IMG/VR virus record: IMGVR_UViG_3300034117_001294
Coordinates: 62,001 to 126,000 of that record
Reading direction: 5' to 3' (one strand)
DNA: 64,000 bases
Shown: piece after piece, positions 19,603 to 27,811 of the stretch
Numbering within the stretch: position 1 is the stretch's first letter
How the letters are laid out: each line of letters opens with the position of its first letter
Notes under the pieces: model-generated
Database searches by the model: none
What the model saw: only the letters and a program-made list of their open reading frames with translations
Told to the model about the DNA's origin: nothing
Translations under genes and position numbers: made by a program

Positions 19603-19603
19603 T

Positions 19604-20083
19604 TTATGTCCTTCTTATGTTTAGATAGCAAGGCCTGTCGTTATAAAGGAACTCTTCCCAAATATCGTTTAGCTCTTCAATGCTGTTTGGTTTATAAATC
19701 TTAATATTAGGAAATGCTCGTAATGCATCTTCATCATCGATTGCCCAATGACTAAATCCTAAATGGCCGTAATCTTTATCTCGACCTGTACCTACTAATT
19801 TAACAGGAGCACCTTCATGGTTGAGATAGTTACGCAACCATTCATATGGTCGGAAAATTACAAAAGGTGTGATACTGTAACAAATAGGAATTTTATTATG
19901 GTGAGTAAGTCCTACTGCGGCTCCCAGCATAAGCTGTTCAGCGGCACCTACGTTATATGCACGATCGGGTGCAACTTCTCTAGCTTTGTTTAATACACCA
20001 AATCCTAAGTCACCTGTTAACAGCCAAAGGCGACTGTCCTTTGATATACTTTCAGCTAACAGTTCTCCAAATCTATTTCTCAT
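19604..20083 (-). CDS. transketolase-like pyrimidine-binding subunit
   Basis: TGDLG, NVGAAEQ, GFSH. Confidence 0.85.
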   Translation of the reverse strand: MRNRFGELLAESISKDSRLWLLTGDLGFGVLNKAREVAPDRAYNVGAAEQLMLGAAVGLTHHNKIPICYSITPFVIFRPYEWLRNYLNHEGAPVKLVGTGRDKDYGHLGFSHWAIDDEDALRAFPNIKIYKPNSIEELNDIWEEFLYNDRPCYLNIRRT

Positions 20084-20688
20084 AATTGTGCATAGTCCTC
20101 TGGCTTTAATACGTAATAGTGTGTTAGAATACCTTCAGCCCATGGCCACTTAGGCGGTTCTGTTTCGCGAATGTTAATGCGTGGTAAGAAAGCACGTAAC
20201 CGATTAATGATATATTCTTTGTCAATAAAGTCGTAGGCGATCATCCCGTTGACGTTTACATATACTTCTAAGTTATCTAACTTGGCTTCGTAGATAAAAC
20301 GCAATGCTTCCCAAATACTACCTTCTCCGCATTCGCCGTCGCTGATAAGACAATGTACCTTTCGAGTTCTGTCTGCTAGGGCATAACCGGTGGCAACAGT
20401 AAGCCCCATCCCGAGACTACCTGTACTACAATAGATACCACTGCCAACATCACGATGAGGATGTACCCCATGCTTGTGGAATAAAGATTCTGCATTTTGT
20501 CCTTCATATTTTTCCAATACAACATATAACGCTAGGGCCGCATGACCAGAACTTAAAATAAAGGGCTCGTCTATCTTTTTATTTTTATAAATTTCTTCAA
20601 TGATATTAACCGCATTAAGATTAGAACTAAGATGTCCAATCTTTTCTTTGTAGCTAATATCAATTACTCTACGTTCTACGCCATTCAT
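20080..20688 (-). CDS. transketolase-like TPP-binding subunit
   Basis: GHLSS, LSSGH, STGSLGMG, SDGECGEGSIWEA. Confidence 0.88.
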   Translation of the reverse strand: MNGVERRVIDISYKEKIGHLSSNLNAVNIIEEIYKNKKIDEPFILSSGHAALALYVVLEKYEGQNAESLFHKHGVHPHRDVGSGIYCSTGSLGMGLTVATGYALADRTRKVHCLISDGECGEGSIWEALRFIYEAKLDNLEVYVNVNGMIAYDFIDKEYIINRLRAFLPRINIRETEPPKWPWAEGILTHYYVLKPEDYAQL

Positions 20689-22004
20689 ACAAATAAACTC
20701 ATAAAGCCGTCAACCTTCTCACCAATGTAGGCAATCTGTTCCGGAGTAATAACAGGACTAGTACCATGAAAGAAAGTATTCTTCATAGTGTAGGTTGCTA
20801 CTGGAAAGTTATCACGTGCGTCTACAGGATTCATTAAATGACTATATGCAGGCTGCAACATAATATTGCCAGCAAAGTAAGGACGAGTTTGGATTAAATT
20901 TTCTTCTAAATAATCAACAATGTCCATTCGCTTAAACGGAGCACCTTCTCTAATAGTTAATGGAAAGGCAAACCAGCTGACATCTGCTTTGTCACGGGCA
21001 CGTGGCAAGTGAAAGAATTGTTCATACTTTTCATAGATCTTAAACAACAATTCATAGTTACGTTGACGCAGTTGATGAATCTCCGGTAGCTTTTTAATTT
21101 GCTCAAGGCCCATTGCACTTTGTAATTCAATCGGCTTTAGATTGTAACCAATTTCATCGTATACATATTTGTGATCAAAAATTTCGCCGGGCATCTCTGG
21201 AATCCATTCCTGGAAACGTTTGCCACACGAACCGCATTTTAACTTGTTAGCCTCCGGACCCACACAGTAACAGCCGCGGCCCCATTCTCGTAGACTGCGA
21301 ACAATAACTTCTTGTTGAGGATCATTCATTGCAACAAAGCCGCCTTCGCCCATGGTCATGTGGTGTGCTGGATAAAAACTGCACGAAGCCATTTCACCAA
21401 AGCTACCTAACGGTTTGCCGTTATATGTAGTACCTAGGCCGTCACAACAATCTTCTAACAGTACTAGATTATACTTGTTAACTAACTCCATGACTCGATC
21501 CATGTTAGGAGGATTTCCTAACACGTGAGCAAACGTAATAATTTTAATGTCTGGCTGTTCTTGTAGCAGTCGTTCTGCATGATCTAAATCGAGATTCAAT
21601 GTATCAATCTCAATGTCACAGAATACTGGTGTAAATTTATTTTGAAGTGTAGGATTAAGTGTTGTAGGAAAGCCTGCAATAGGCATTAACACTTTTGTAC
21701 CTTCTGGGAAGTTGTGTCCTCGTTTAGACTTCATTGCTGCCATCATCAGCAGATTGGCACTACTACCGCTATTAGTTAGTATGCCTCTTTCTTTACCGAA
21801 CTCTTTAGGGAATTGGCGTTCAAACTGAATGCTTTTATTTCCCATAACAAGCCAGCCATTTAATAAAGTCTCTGCGGCTGCTACGTATTCGTCTGCTGAA
21901 AAATGTGGGCCTGCGTAGTTAACAAAGTCCTTGCCCGCAGTCCATGTTTTGTTCTCTTGTTTTTCTTCGATGAACTGTCGAATTTGGTCTAAGATTTCTT
22001 TCAT
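20685..22004 (-). CDS. rfbH: CDP-6-deoxy-4-keto-hexose 3-dehydrase (RfbH/DdhC)
   Basis: NSGSSANL, EDCCD, SFYPAHHMTMGEGG, WGRGCYC, DHKY. Confidence 0.9.
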   Translation of the reverse strand: MKEILDQIRQFIEEKQENKTWTAGKDFVNYAGPHFSADEYVAAAETLLNGWLVMGNKSIQFERQFPKEFGKERGILTNSGSSANLLMMAAMKSKRGHNFPEGTKVLMPIAGFPTTLNPTLQNKFTPVFCDIEIDTLNLDLDHAERLLQEQPDIKIITFAHVLGNPPNMDRVMELVNKYNLVLLEDCCDGLGTTYNGKPLGSFGEMASCSFYPAHHMTMGEGGFVAMNDPQQEVIVRSLREWGRGCYCVGPEANKLKCGSCGKRFQEWIPEMPGEIFDHKYVYDEIGYNLKPIELQSAMGLEQIKKLPEIHQLRQRNYELLFKIYEKYEQFFHLPRARDKADVSWFAFPLTIREGAPFKRMDIVDYLEENLIQTRPYFAGNIMLQPAYSHLMNPVDARDNFPVATYTMKNTFFHGTSPVITPEQIAYIGEKVDGFMSLFV

Positions 22005-22007
22005 AGT

Positions 22008-22652
22008 TTATTTTACTACTTCGTTCATAAAATGTCTAGCCAGTTGGAGGCGAAGATCCAAACTAGTTCCGGGCCAGTGGATTAACCAATCACTGTTTTG
22101 CCAAGTACCATCGTTACCTAGTAGATCGTATTTGCTTTGATGCGGGTACAGGTCATTCTTATAAGCATTCAAGTATCGTTGCGGAACAATCTTAATTTTA
22201 TCTTTATTGTCTGGATACGAGTCAATCATAGCCTGTTGTTCTAAAAACATTGCAGTTTTATACTTAGGCCAGCTGTTATATATGTCTTGCAACCACTTTT
22301 TGCTCCAGGCTGTATTTTTAATTAAGAAACTGTCGTTGTTAATTTCATTGCAGTCTGTTGCTATAATTAGATCATAATCTGGAAGAATTTTATCCTCAAT
22401 TTTGATTGTGAAATTTGTGATCATAGCATCGCAGCCAGTCCACCAAACCCACTCAACTTCTTTCTGTGTTTCAAACAACTCTTTGATTAATCTGCATCTT
22501 TCAAAACCTCCAGTTATGTTCTTATCAAAACCGCTGGTCCAATTTATTCCTAGATATCCGTGACGTTCACAATACTGTTGCTTGTTCTGATTCCATGTTA
22601 GATCAGCAAGCGGTTGATATTTTTCGTCGTTTAAACTTACAACTGCGTACAT
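22008..22652 (-). CDS. GT34-like glycosyltransferase
   Basis: YCERHGY, WVWW..CDAMITN, EQQAM, IHWPG. Confidence 0.7.
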   Translation of the reverse strand: MYAVVSLNDEKYQPLADLTWNQNKQQYCERHGYLGINWTSGFDKNITGGFERCRLIKELFETQKEVEWVWWTGCDAMITNFTIKIEDKILPDYDLIIATDCNEINNDSFLIKNTAWSKKWLQDIYNSWPKYKTAMFLEQQAMIDSYPDNKDKIKIVPQRYLNAYKNDLYPHQSKYDLLGNDGTWQNSDWLIHWPGTSLDLRLQLARHFMNEVVK

Positions 22653-22660
22653 ATATGTCC

Positions 22661-23470
22661 TTAAAAGTAAAAGCCGTTAGCACGGGGAAACCATGTGTCT
22701 CCATAGCCACCGTGTGGTGTTTTTGTCTGTTCGTAATCAGCACGTACTTCGCACCAATAAGTCTTGCCTAAACCGATTGCAACACTCAATGCGGCACTCT
22801 GGTTTCCAATAAACATTTCACTGCCTTGAATAAGTCTTGCAACTTCTAGCAGGTCTTCTGTTTTCTGATAGTGTATTTTTGTTTTGAATGTATCTTCAAA
22901 GCTAGCATGTTCGTCAGGTGTGCCAACAAACGCACCATATTCTCCGATCTGATTCTCAATGAACTTTTGCTCAATCCATCCGCCGCCGCCTTCTGCTCCG
23001 TGTAGATGCCTGTTAGTTCTGTTCACAATAATAGGCTTGCCTGGAATATGAATTGGTTGTACGGGAGTCAACCAAGGCTCGTGTAACAATTTCTTTTTAA
23101 TTTCTGGATCGTGAATGTTCCAACCCATAGCAAGTGCATAACATTCTGTTTGATTGCCTTGCCAACCGCGGATTAGGTGCTGTTTCCAATGATCTAGCAG
23201 TTGAGGAAAGTCGTCTACTTCGTCTTTCCATACTGCAACTTTGCCAATATAGTCTTGTGCTTCTAACAATGGTGCTACAATGTCGAAGTCTTTTTGTGTT
23301 AGTCTGCCACTTGCTGGGCCTGCGTTAGGCCACCCTAAAACTTTTTGTGCAAATTCATCGTGATAGTTTAATCTCACGTATAGGTCGCCTGGACCAATCA
23401 TTCGCATAACGCAGAGACTATAAACAATGTCTCCAAAAGTTGAGTGTGTGATATAGTTTGTATTTTTCAT
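22661..23470 (-). CDS. glycosyltransferase-like protein (GT9-like)
   Basis: FGDIV, LLEVARLI..SEMFIGNQS...A.GLG. Confidence 0.55.
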   Translation of the reverse strand: MKNTNYITHSTFGDIVYSLCVMRMIGPGDLYVRLNYHDEFAQKVLGWPNAGPASGRLTQKDFDIVAPLLEAQDYIGKVAVWKDEVDDFPQLLDHWKQHLIRGWQGNQTECYALAMGWNIHDPEIKKKLLHEPWLTPVQPIHIPGKPIIVNRTNRHLHGAEGGGGWIEQKFIENQIGEYGAFVGTPDEHASFEDTFKTKIHYQKTEDLLEVARLIQGSEMFIGNQSAALSVAIGLGKTYWCEVRADYEQTKTPHGGYGDTWFPRANGFYF

Positions 23471-23557
23471 AAGCTCTTAAAATTATAGCTGTATTTAATT
23501 ATAACTGCAACACCTAGAAAAATTTAAGGCATTGTTGCCAAAAAACAACACTGGATC

Positions 23558-23760
23558 TTGACAAGACTAAATAAACACTATACAATAGAGACTAGTTTGT
23601 AAGTTAGGTAGAGAAATTTTTAGCCACAGTTAAAATAGTGGTTGACAAGAGAACTAAATAACTGTACAATTAAGGCATAGTTAGTTAGAAAAGTTGTTAA
23701 AAAACTTTTTAGTCAAAAGATTAAAAAGAGGTTGACAACAACACTAAATAACTGTATAAT
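23558..23760 (+). promoter_or_regulatory. three tandem sigma70 promoters, each with CTAAATA in the spacer
   Basis: TTGACA-17-TACAAT at 23558 and 23642; TTGACA-17-TATAAT at 23732. Confidence 0.9.
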
Positions 23761-23819
23761 TAACACATAGGCAGCAATGGTGCTGTCAATGTAAAGAAAG
23801 TTTTTAAAGAGAAAACAAA

Positions 23820-23969
23820 ATGCAATCGAATTTTAGACATCAACAATTTAATACGATGCCCAAACAGGCAGGCTTTAACGCCTCCAATTGGTTATCTATT
23901 GAGTGTGGTAGTCTATCATATGATCGCACACCAGAGATTACAAGGGTCCGGGAGGGCTGGGATGGTTAA
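23820..23969 (+). CDS. putative attenuator leader peptide (49 aa, all 20 amino acids)
   Basis: MQSNFRHQQFNTMPKQAGFNASNWLSIECGSLSYDRTPEITRVREGWDG; lies between the promoters and the terminator. Confidence 0.6.
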   Translation: MQSNFRHQQFNTMPKQAGFNASNWLSIECGSLSYDRTPEITRVREGWDG

Positions 23970-24000
23970 GTAACAACTTAATTACATTTCAAAACTTCAA

Positions 24001-24036
24001 GGACCCTAGGATTAAAACCCTGGGGTTTTTTGTTTT
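24001..24036 (+). terminator. intrinsic terminator (candidate attenuator)
   Basis: GGACCCTAGG-loop-CCTGGGGTTT then T-tract; 5' arm complementary to AGGGTCC at 23943-23949. Confidence 0.8.
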
Positions 24037-24048
24037 CCGCAAGGAAGA

Positions 24049-24204
24049 ATGATAGAGAAAAAGATTAGAGAAGCAGAGTTTACTAGACAGCATACGCTTA
24101 GTCCAGAGCAACTTAAAAAATTGCTCGAAGGCAAAATGGCTCGTGCTAGACAGTATTACGAAGCAGTATCAAAGAAGCGAGAGGTAATCAAGGTTGCCGA
24201 TTGA
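24049..24204 (+). CDS. hypothetical 51-aa basic protein
   Basis: AAGGA SD, MIEKKIREAEF... Confidence 0.55.
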   Translation: MIEKKIREAEFTRQHTLSPEQLKKLLEGKMARARQYYEAVSKKREVIKVAD

Positions 24205-24315
24205 ATCGCAAAGTGTGAATATACAGGAAACGAGGTCCTGGCTCTGCACTATAAACACAGAGCAAACGGGCGGTGACGAGGATGGCTTACCCTTATGTGG
24301 GTAAAAAAATTCGTC

Positions 24316-24408
24316 ATATTAAAGCATATACTTGCCTGACTGCAAACGTCGTGGTAAACTACTAGAGAAAGGGGTTCGAATCCCCGGGACTGGTATGTGC
24401 TTTAATAT
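24316..24408 (+). ncRNA. 16-bp clamp enclosing a partial tRNA (CTGCAAA loop plus T arm)
   Basis: ATATTAAAGCATATAC/GTATGTGCTTTAATAT; GGGG-TTCGAAT-CCCC inside. Confidence 0.55.
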
Positions 24409-24472
24409 ACACTCTCCAGTCACTGACTCTGAATCAGCTGACAGGCGTAGCCGGAGAGTGTTAACAATTAAT

Positions 24473-24559
24473 GGAGCGTGTTCCCTGTTGCCGGCTGTAA
24501 CCCGGTAGTCACATTAAGCAGGGTGGCGACAAGAGGTTCGATTCCTTCACGCTCCACCA
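24473..24559 (+). tRNA. tRNA-Tyr(GTA)-like, no D arm, 8-bp acceptor
   Basis: GGAGCGTG/CACGCTCC-ACCA, CTGTAAC loop, TTCGATT. Confidence 0.65.
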
Positions 24560-24565
24560 ATAATT

Positions 24566-24640
24566 CCTCTTGTAGCTCAATGGCTAGAGCAATCGGCTGA
24601 TAACCGGTAGACATAAGTTCGATTCTTATCGAGAGGACCA
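24566..24640 (+). tRNA. tRNA-Ile(GAT)
   Basis: cloverleaf, CTGATAA loop, CCA. Confidence 0.9.
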
Positions 24641-24647
24641 AGTTTAT

Positions 24648-24722
24648 ACCGCAGTAGTCCTCTGGGAGGGCAACGGATTGTCTATCCGACTTAGGTGAGT
24701 TCGATCCTCACACACGGAGCCA
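24648..24722 (+). tRNA. tRNA-Asp(GTC), chimeric with mispaired acceptor
   Basis: TTGTCTA loop; 3' part identical to the Asn tRNA at 26253-26286. Confidence 0.6.
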
Positions 24723-24807
24723 TTATAGAAGCACATACAGATCCGCCCGAGTAGTAAGGGAGATAGCGACTAACCGTTGAAGGACTGTTTAAATGTGTTT
24801 CTATAAT

Positions 24808-24882
24808 GGGGGCAGCAGAGGGCTGCGGAGTTGCCTTGCAAGCATCTTGTCTAGAGGGGTTCGATACCCCCGGCCTCCACCA
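24808..24882 (+). tRNA. tRNA-Ala(TGC), atypical D arm
   Basis: G3:U70, CTTGCAA loop, CCA. Confidence 0.7.
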
Positions 24883-24889
24883 ATTTTAT

Positions 24890-24965
24890 CTCTCTAAAGC
24901 GTTATCAGGTTGCGTACACGGTTTGGGGCCGTGTGGTCCAGGTTCGAATCCTGGTAGGGAGACCA
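24890..24965 (+). tRNA. tRNA-Pro(TGG)
   Basis: cloverleaf, TTTGGGG loop, CCA. Confidence 0.88.
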
Positions 24966-24971
24966 ATTAAT

Positions 24972-25047
24972 GCACCTTTAGCTGATGTGGTCATAGCGGC
25001 GGTCTGAAGAACCGTTGAAGTTGGTTCGATTCCAACAGGGTGTACCA
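24972..25047 (+). tRNA. tRNA-Phe(GAA)
   Basis: CTGAAGA loop, CCA. Confidence 0.9.
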
Positions 25048-25052
25048 AATTT

Positions 25053-25127
25053 GCCCTTTTATCCTTAATGGTAGAGGTCCTGTTTTGTAATCAGGGTGTG
25101 TGGGTTCGATTCCTGCAAGGGGCACCA
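25053..25127 (+). tRNA. tRNA-Thr(TGT)
   Basis: TTTGTAA loop, CCA. Confidence 0.88.
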
Positions 25128-25137
25128 AGCAAATTAT

Positions 25138-25212
25138 ACTCCGGTCGTCTAGTGGCTAGGACGCCAGCCTTTCAAGTTGGAGAAGCGGGATCGAAACCCG
25201 TTCGGAGTACCA
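25138..25212 (+). tRNA. tRNA-Glu(TTC)
   Basis: CTTTCAA loop, CCA. Confidence 0.88.
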
Positions 25213-25219
25213 AGTTTAT

Positions 25220-25306
25220 GGAGATGTAGGAAAATTGGTAACCCCAGTGGACTGTAAATCCGCCGCCCGAAAGGCACTACTGGTTCGACTCCAGTCGTCT
25301 CCACCA
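25220..25306 (+). tRNA. tRNA-Tyr(GTA)
   Basis: CTGTAAA loop, long variable arm, CCA. Confidence 0.92.
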
Positions 25307-25311
25307 TTTTA

Positions 25312-25386
25312 GGTCTGTTCGTATAGAGGTTATTACTGCGGATTGTCTATCCGCTTACGGGGGTTCGATTCCCCCACAGACCGCCA
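25312..25386 (+). tRNA. tRNA-Asp(GTC)
   Basis: TTGTCTA loop, GCCA. Confidence 0.9.
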
Positions 25387-25389
25387 AGT

Positions 25390-25587
25390 TTTGTAAGTGT
25401 CAGCAAGAGAAAGACTCGCTAGGAAGATTCTTCGAAGGTCAACCTAGTGTTAAAGTAGGGCGGGTTCGAGTACCGTAAATGCAATGGTGCACCTATGTCA
25501 AGTATTCCAAGTGACTTACCTCCTCCCGTCCGGACTTGCATGAATCGGGTGAATGGTTGCGATTACAGAGGTGCAACTACTTACAAA
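25390..25587 (+). ncRNA. CAGCAA-clamp variant RNA
   Basis: TTTGTAAGT-GTCAGCAA ... ACTTACAAA, internal hairpins. Confidence 0.5.
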
Positions 25588-25597
25588 TTCATTTCAG

Positions 25598-25626
25598 TTG
25601 ACAACTACTGCAAAAGGTTGTATAAT
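25598..25626 (+). promoter_or_regulatory. sigma70 promoter
   Basis: TTGACA-17-TATAAT. Confidence 0.85.
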
Positions 25627-25740
25627 ACTAACTTAAACAAAAAGGAAAATTGACATGAAACGTTCAGGTAAACTGTAGTGTCATCCTAGACCCCCGTATG
25701 GTCCTGGATGGCACGTGAAAGACAATTCTTTACGATCCAT

Positions 25741-25816
25741 CCACAGCTGGCGTTAACGGTAGCGTACTCGGCTCTTAACCGATGAGGTGTCAGTTCGAAT
25801 CTGACGCTGTGGACCA
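25741..25816 (+). tRNA. tRNA-Lys(CTT)
   Basis: CTCTTAA loop, CCA. Confidence 0.88.
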
Positions 25817-25819
25817 TAT

Positions 25820-25894
25820 GGGGGTATAATTCAACGGCTAGAATAGCTGGCTTTTAACCAGTCTATCAGGGTTCGATTCCCTGTGCCCCTACCA
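25820..25894 (+). tRNA. tRNA-Lys(TTT)
   Basis: CTTTTAA loop, CCA. Confidence 0.9.
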
Positions 25895-25974
25895 TATGCA
25901 AACACATTACTGCACAGCATTTTGACTTCCAGGTCTTTTTGTATGTTGTGGTCGTCTGTAGTGTGTTTACATAT

Positions 25975-26050
25975 GGTGATGTAGCATAGTGGCTAATGCA
26001 GTTCCTTCATACGGAAAAGATCGTCGGTTCGAGTCCGACCATCACTACCA
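25975..26050 (+). tRNA. tRNA-Met/Ile2(CAT)
   Basis: TTCATAC loop, 1-72 paired, CCA. Confidence 0.85.
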
Positions 26051-26056
26051 ATTTAT

Positions 26057-26131
26057 GGAGCTATCGTCTATCGGTTAGGACATCTGGTTTTCATCCAGGC
26101 AAGCGGGGTTCGATTCCCCGTAGCTCTTCCA
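26057..26131 (+). tRNA. tRNA-Glu(TTC)
   Basis: TTTTCAT loop, CCA. Confidence 0.88.
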
Positions 26132-26135
26132 AGTT

Positions 26136-26195
26136 TAGGATCGGTTCAGCAAACAAAAAGCTAACTTTTGGTGTCTAGCGACAAAAACGATCCTG
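26136..26195 (+). ncRNA. CAGCAA-clamp RNA 1 (TTG anticodon-like loop)
   Basis: TAGGATCG-GTTCAGCAA...CGATCCTG; inner hairpin loop TTTTGGT. Confidence 0.7.
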
Positions 26196-26205
26196 TTATT
26201 TCTAT

Positions 26206-26284
26206 TCCGTGAAATCCAAGCATGGTGCAAGGACTTGACTGTTAATCAATGATTAGGTGAGTTCGATCCTCACACACGGAGCCA
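26206..26284 (+). tRNA. tRNA-Asn(GTT)
   Basis: CTGTTAA loop, GCCA. Confidence 0.85.
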
Positions 26285-26809
26285 TTCATTAATATCCCAA
26301 CGCTGATTAATCCTAAACAAGATTACAACCCGCGGAAGGATATTACAATTTTGAAAAGCATGTGGAACTTGTGTATTAACAATTGCAGGCTCATTTGTTT
26401 CCACTTTTCCAACAAACTCACAGTCACTGTGGTTGTATAGCATGTAGGTAACATTGCCTTGCCCTGTACCTTGTATTCTCGGCTCTGTAGTTGAAGAATA
26501 AAAATTTAGAAAAGTATTATCAAATCCAAGGATAGGAATGTTTAGACTATAAACAAACCCTCCTGTATCTTTGTGAATAGGATATGTTCCTTTAAGACTT
26601 ACGTTAATAACTGCATAATGAAGATATTGATATAGTCCGTATGTTTGAAGTTGTTCTTTGAGTTCTGGAATATCAGTAAACTCCGAAGCTTTAACATATT
26701 GAAATAAAGGCTCATTAAGTTTTGTATGTTTGAGAACAACATCAACCATTTTATTTCTAATGGTGTCAATGTTTTCAAACTTGATTGATCTATAAAGTGC
26801 CGGATCCAT
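26270..26809 (-). CDS. 2OG-Fe(II)/cupin-like oxygenase
   Basis: IHKD...SLNIP...PHAFQN...R. Confidence 0.65.
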   Translation of the reverse strand: MDPALYRSIKFENIDTIRNKMVDVVLKHTKLNEPLFQYVKASEFTDIPELKEQLQTYGLYQYLHYAVINVSLKGTYPIHKDTGGFVYSLNIPILGFDNTFLNFYSSTTEPRIQGTGQGNVTYMLYNHSDCEFVGKVETNEPAIVNTQVPHAFQNCNILPRVVILFRINQRWDINEWLRV

Positions 26810-26833
26810 TCCGATATTTATAGCAAGTATTAT

Positions 26834-26909
26834 ACCGTCGTAGTAATCTGGGTATTACACCTCCCTGTCTAGGAGATCAAGGCGAGTTCGATTCTCGTCG
26901 GCGGTGCCA
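26834..26909 (+). tRNA. tRNA-Asp(GTC)
   Basis: CTGTCTA loop, GCCA. Confidence 0.85.
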
Positions 26910-26913
26910 ATTT

Positions 26914-26976
26914 TAGGATGCGTTCAGCAAACTTTATACATTCAACTTTTAATTGAAAACGTAAAAAAGCATCCTG
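26914..26976 (+). ncRNA. CAGCAA-clamp RNA 2 (Lys TTT anticodon stem-loop)
   Basis: TAGGATGC-GTTCAGCAA...GCATCCTG; TTCAA-CTTTTAA-TTGAA. Confidence 0.75.
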
Positions 26977-26987
26977 TTTTATTTTGT

Positions 26988-27061
26988 TGGTCTATGGTGT
27001 AATGGTAACACAACAGACTTTGACTCTGTCGTTCCAGGTTCGAGCCCTGGTAGGCCTGCCA
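26988..27061 (+). tRNA. tRNA-Gln(TTG)
   Basis: CTTTGAC loop, GCCA. Confidence 0.9.
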
Positions 27062-27070
27062 ACAATTCAT

Positions 27071-27147
27071 ACCCGCGTAACTCAGTGGACTAGAGTACTA
27101 CGCTACGAACGTAGGAGTCGGAGGTTCGAATCCTTCCGTGGGTGCCA
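27071..27147 (+). tRNA. tRNA-Arg(ACG)
   Basis: CTACGAA loop, GCCA. Confidence 0.9.
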
Positions 27148-27715
27148 AGTACTTGGTTAGCATATTGATAGATCGTTGCATAGAGGGTCTATATACACAT
27201 CCATCTTTTAAAGATGATAATACTAGACTGATACAATATCTATCTTCGATAGGATTAATGATATTATGAGGTACTCCGACTTGCACAACTGAAGGAAATC
27301 CTATAGGGGCTGAAAACAACAAATCAACTTCAGTTCGATTATATCCTATGTAATGTGAGTTAACCGCAGATAAACTTTGCTCAGTGCGAACAATATTATC
27401 TTTTGGTTTGTACCAATTCATAATGCTGTTAGCACCTCCAAATATCCAATTTATTTTAGTAAAGTCTCCATGTTTAACATCAACATGTATACCGCTAAAA
27501 AAATTAGGAGTAGAGTAGAACACTTCGCAATGATCTGGAAAAATATCTAAATCTGCTAGCAAGTCTAGCATGTCCGAGTTAATATGTTCCTTGATACTAA
27601 TTGAAGAATGATAGGATTTTTTGCCATTAACTATGTTAGGAAGACTTGTTAAACTATGTTTGTTTTTTAACAAGTCAACATTAAAATTTAAGTTATGATG
27701 ATACGTTGTCATCAT
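27098..27715 (-). CDS. 2OG-Fe(II)/cupin-like oxygenase
   Basis: IHVD...KINW...WY...PHNIIN...RYCIS; 3' end runs antisense into tRNA-Arg. Confidence 0.65.
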   Translation of the reverse strand: MMTTYHHNLNFNVDLLKNKHSLTSLPNIVNGKKSYHSSISIKEHINSDMLDLLADLDIFPDHCEVFYSTPNFFSGIHVDVKHGDFTKINWIFGGANSIMNWYKPKDNIVRTEQSLSAVNSHYIGYNRTEVDLLFSAPIGFPSVVQVGVPHNIINPIEDRYCISLVLSSLKDGCVYRPSMQRSINMLTKYLAPTEGFEPPTPTFVA

Positions 27716-27740
27716 TTATTTACCGAAAGACTTATTAGGT

Positions 27741-27811
27741 GTGGCTATGTTGTAATGGTAGCAACCTAGACTGTGACTCTGGTAGTACGGGTTCGAGTCC
27801 CGTTAGTCACC
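27741..27811 (+). tRNA. tRNA-His(GTG), no encoded G-1 or CCA
   Basis: CTGTGAC loop, C73; flanked by a 10-bp inverted repeat. Confidence 0.85.

Noticed and set aside
24808-24882. tmRNA 5' end (GGGGGC with G3:U70)
   Set aside because: It closes as a 75-nt tRNA with a TGC anticodon and has no tag reading frame
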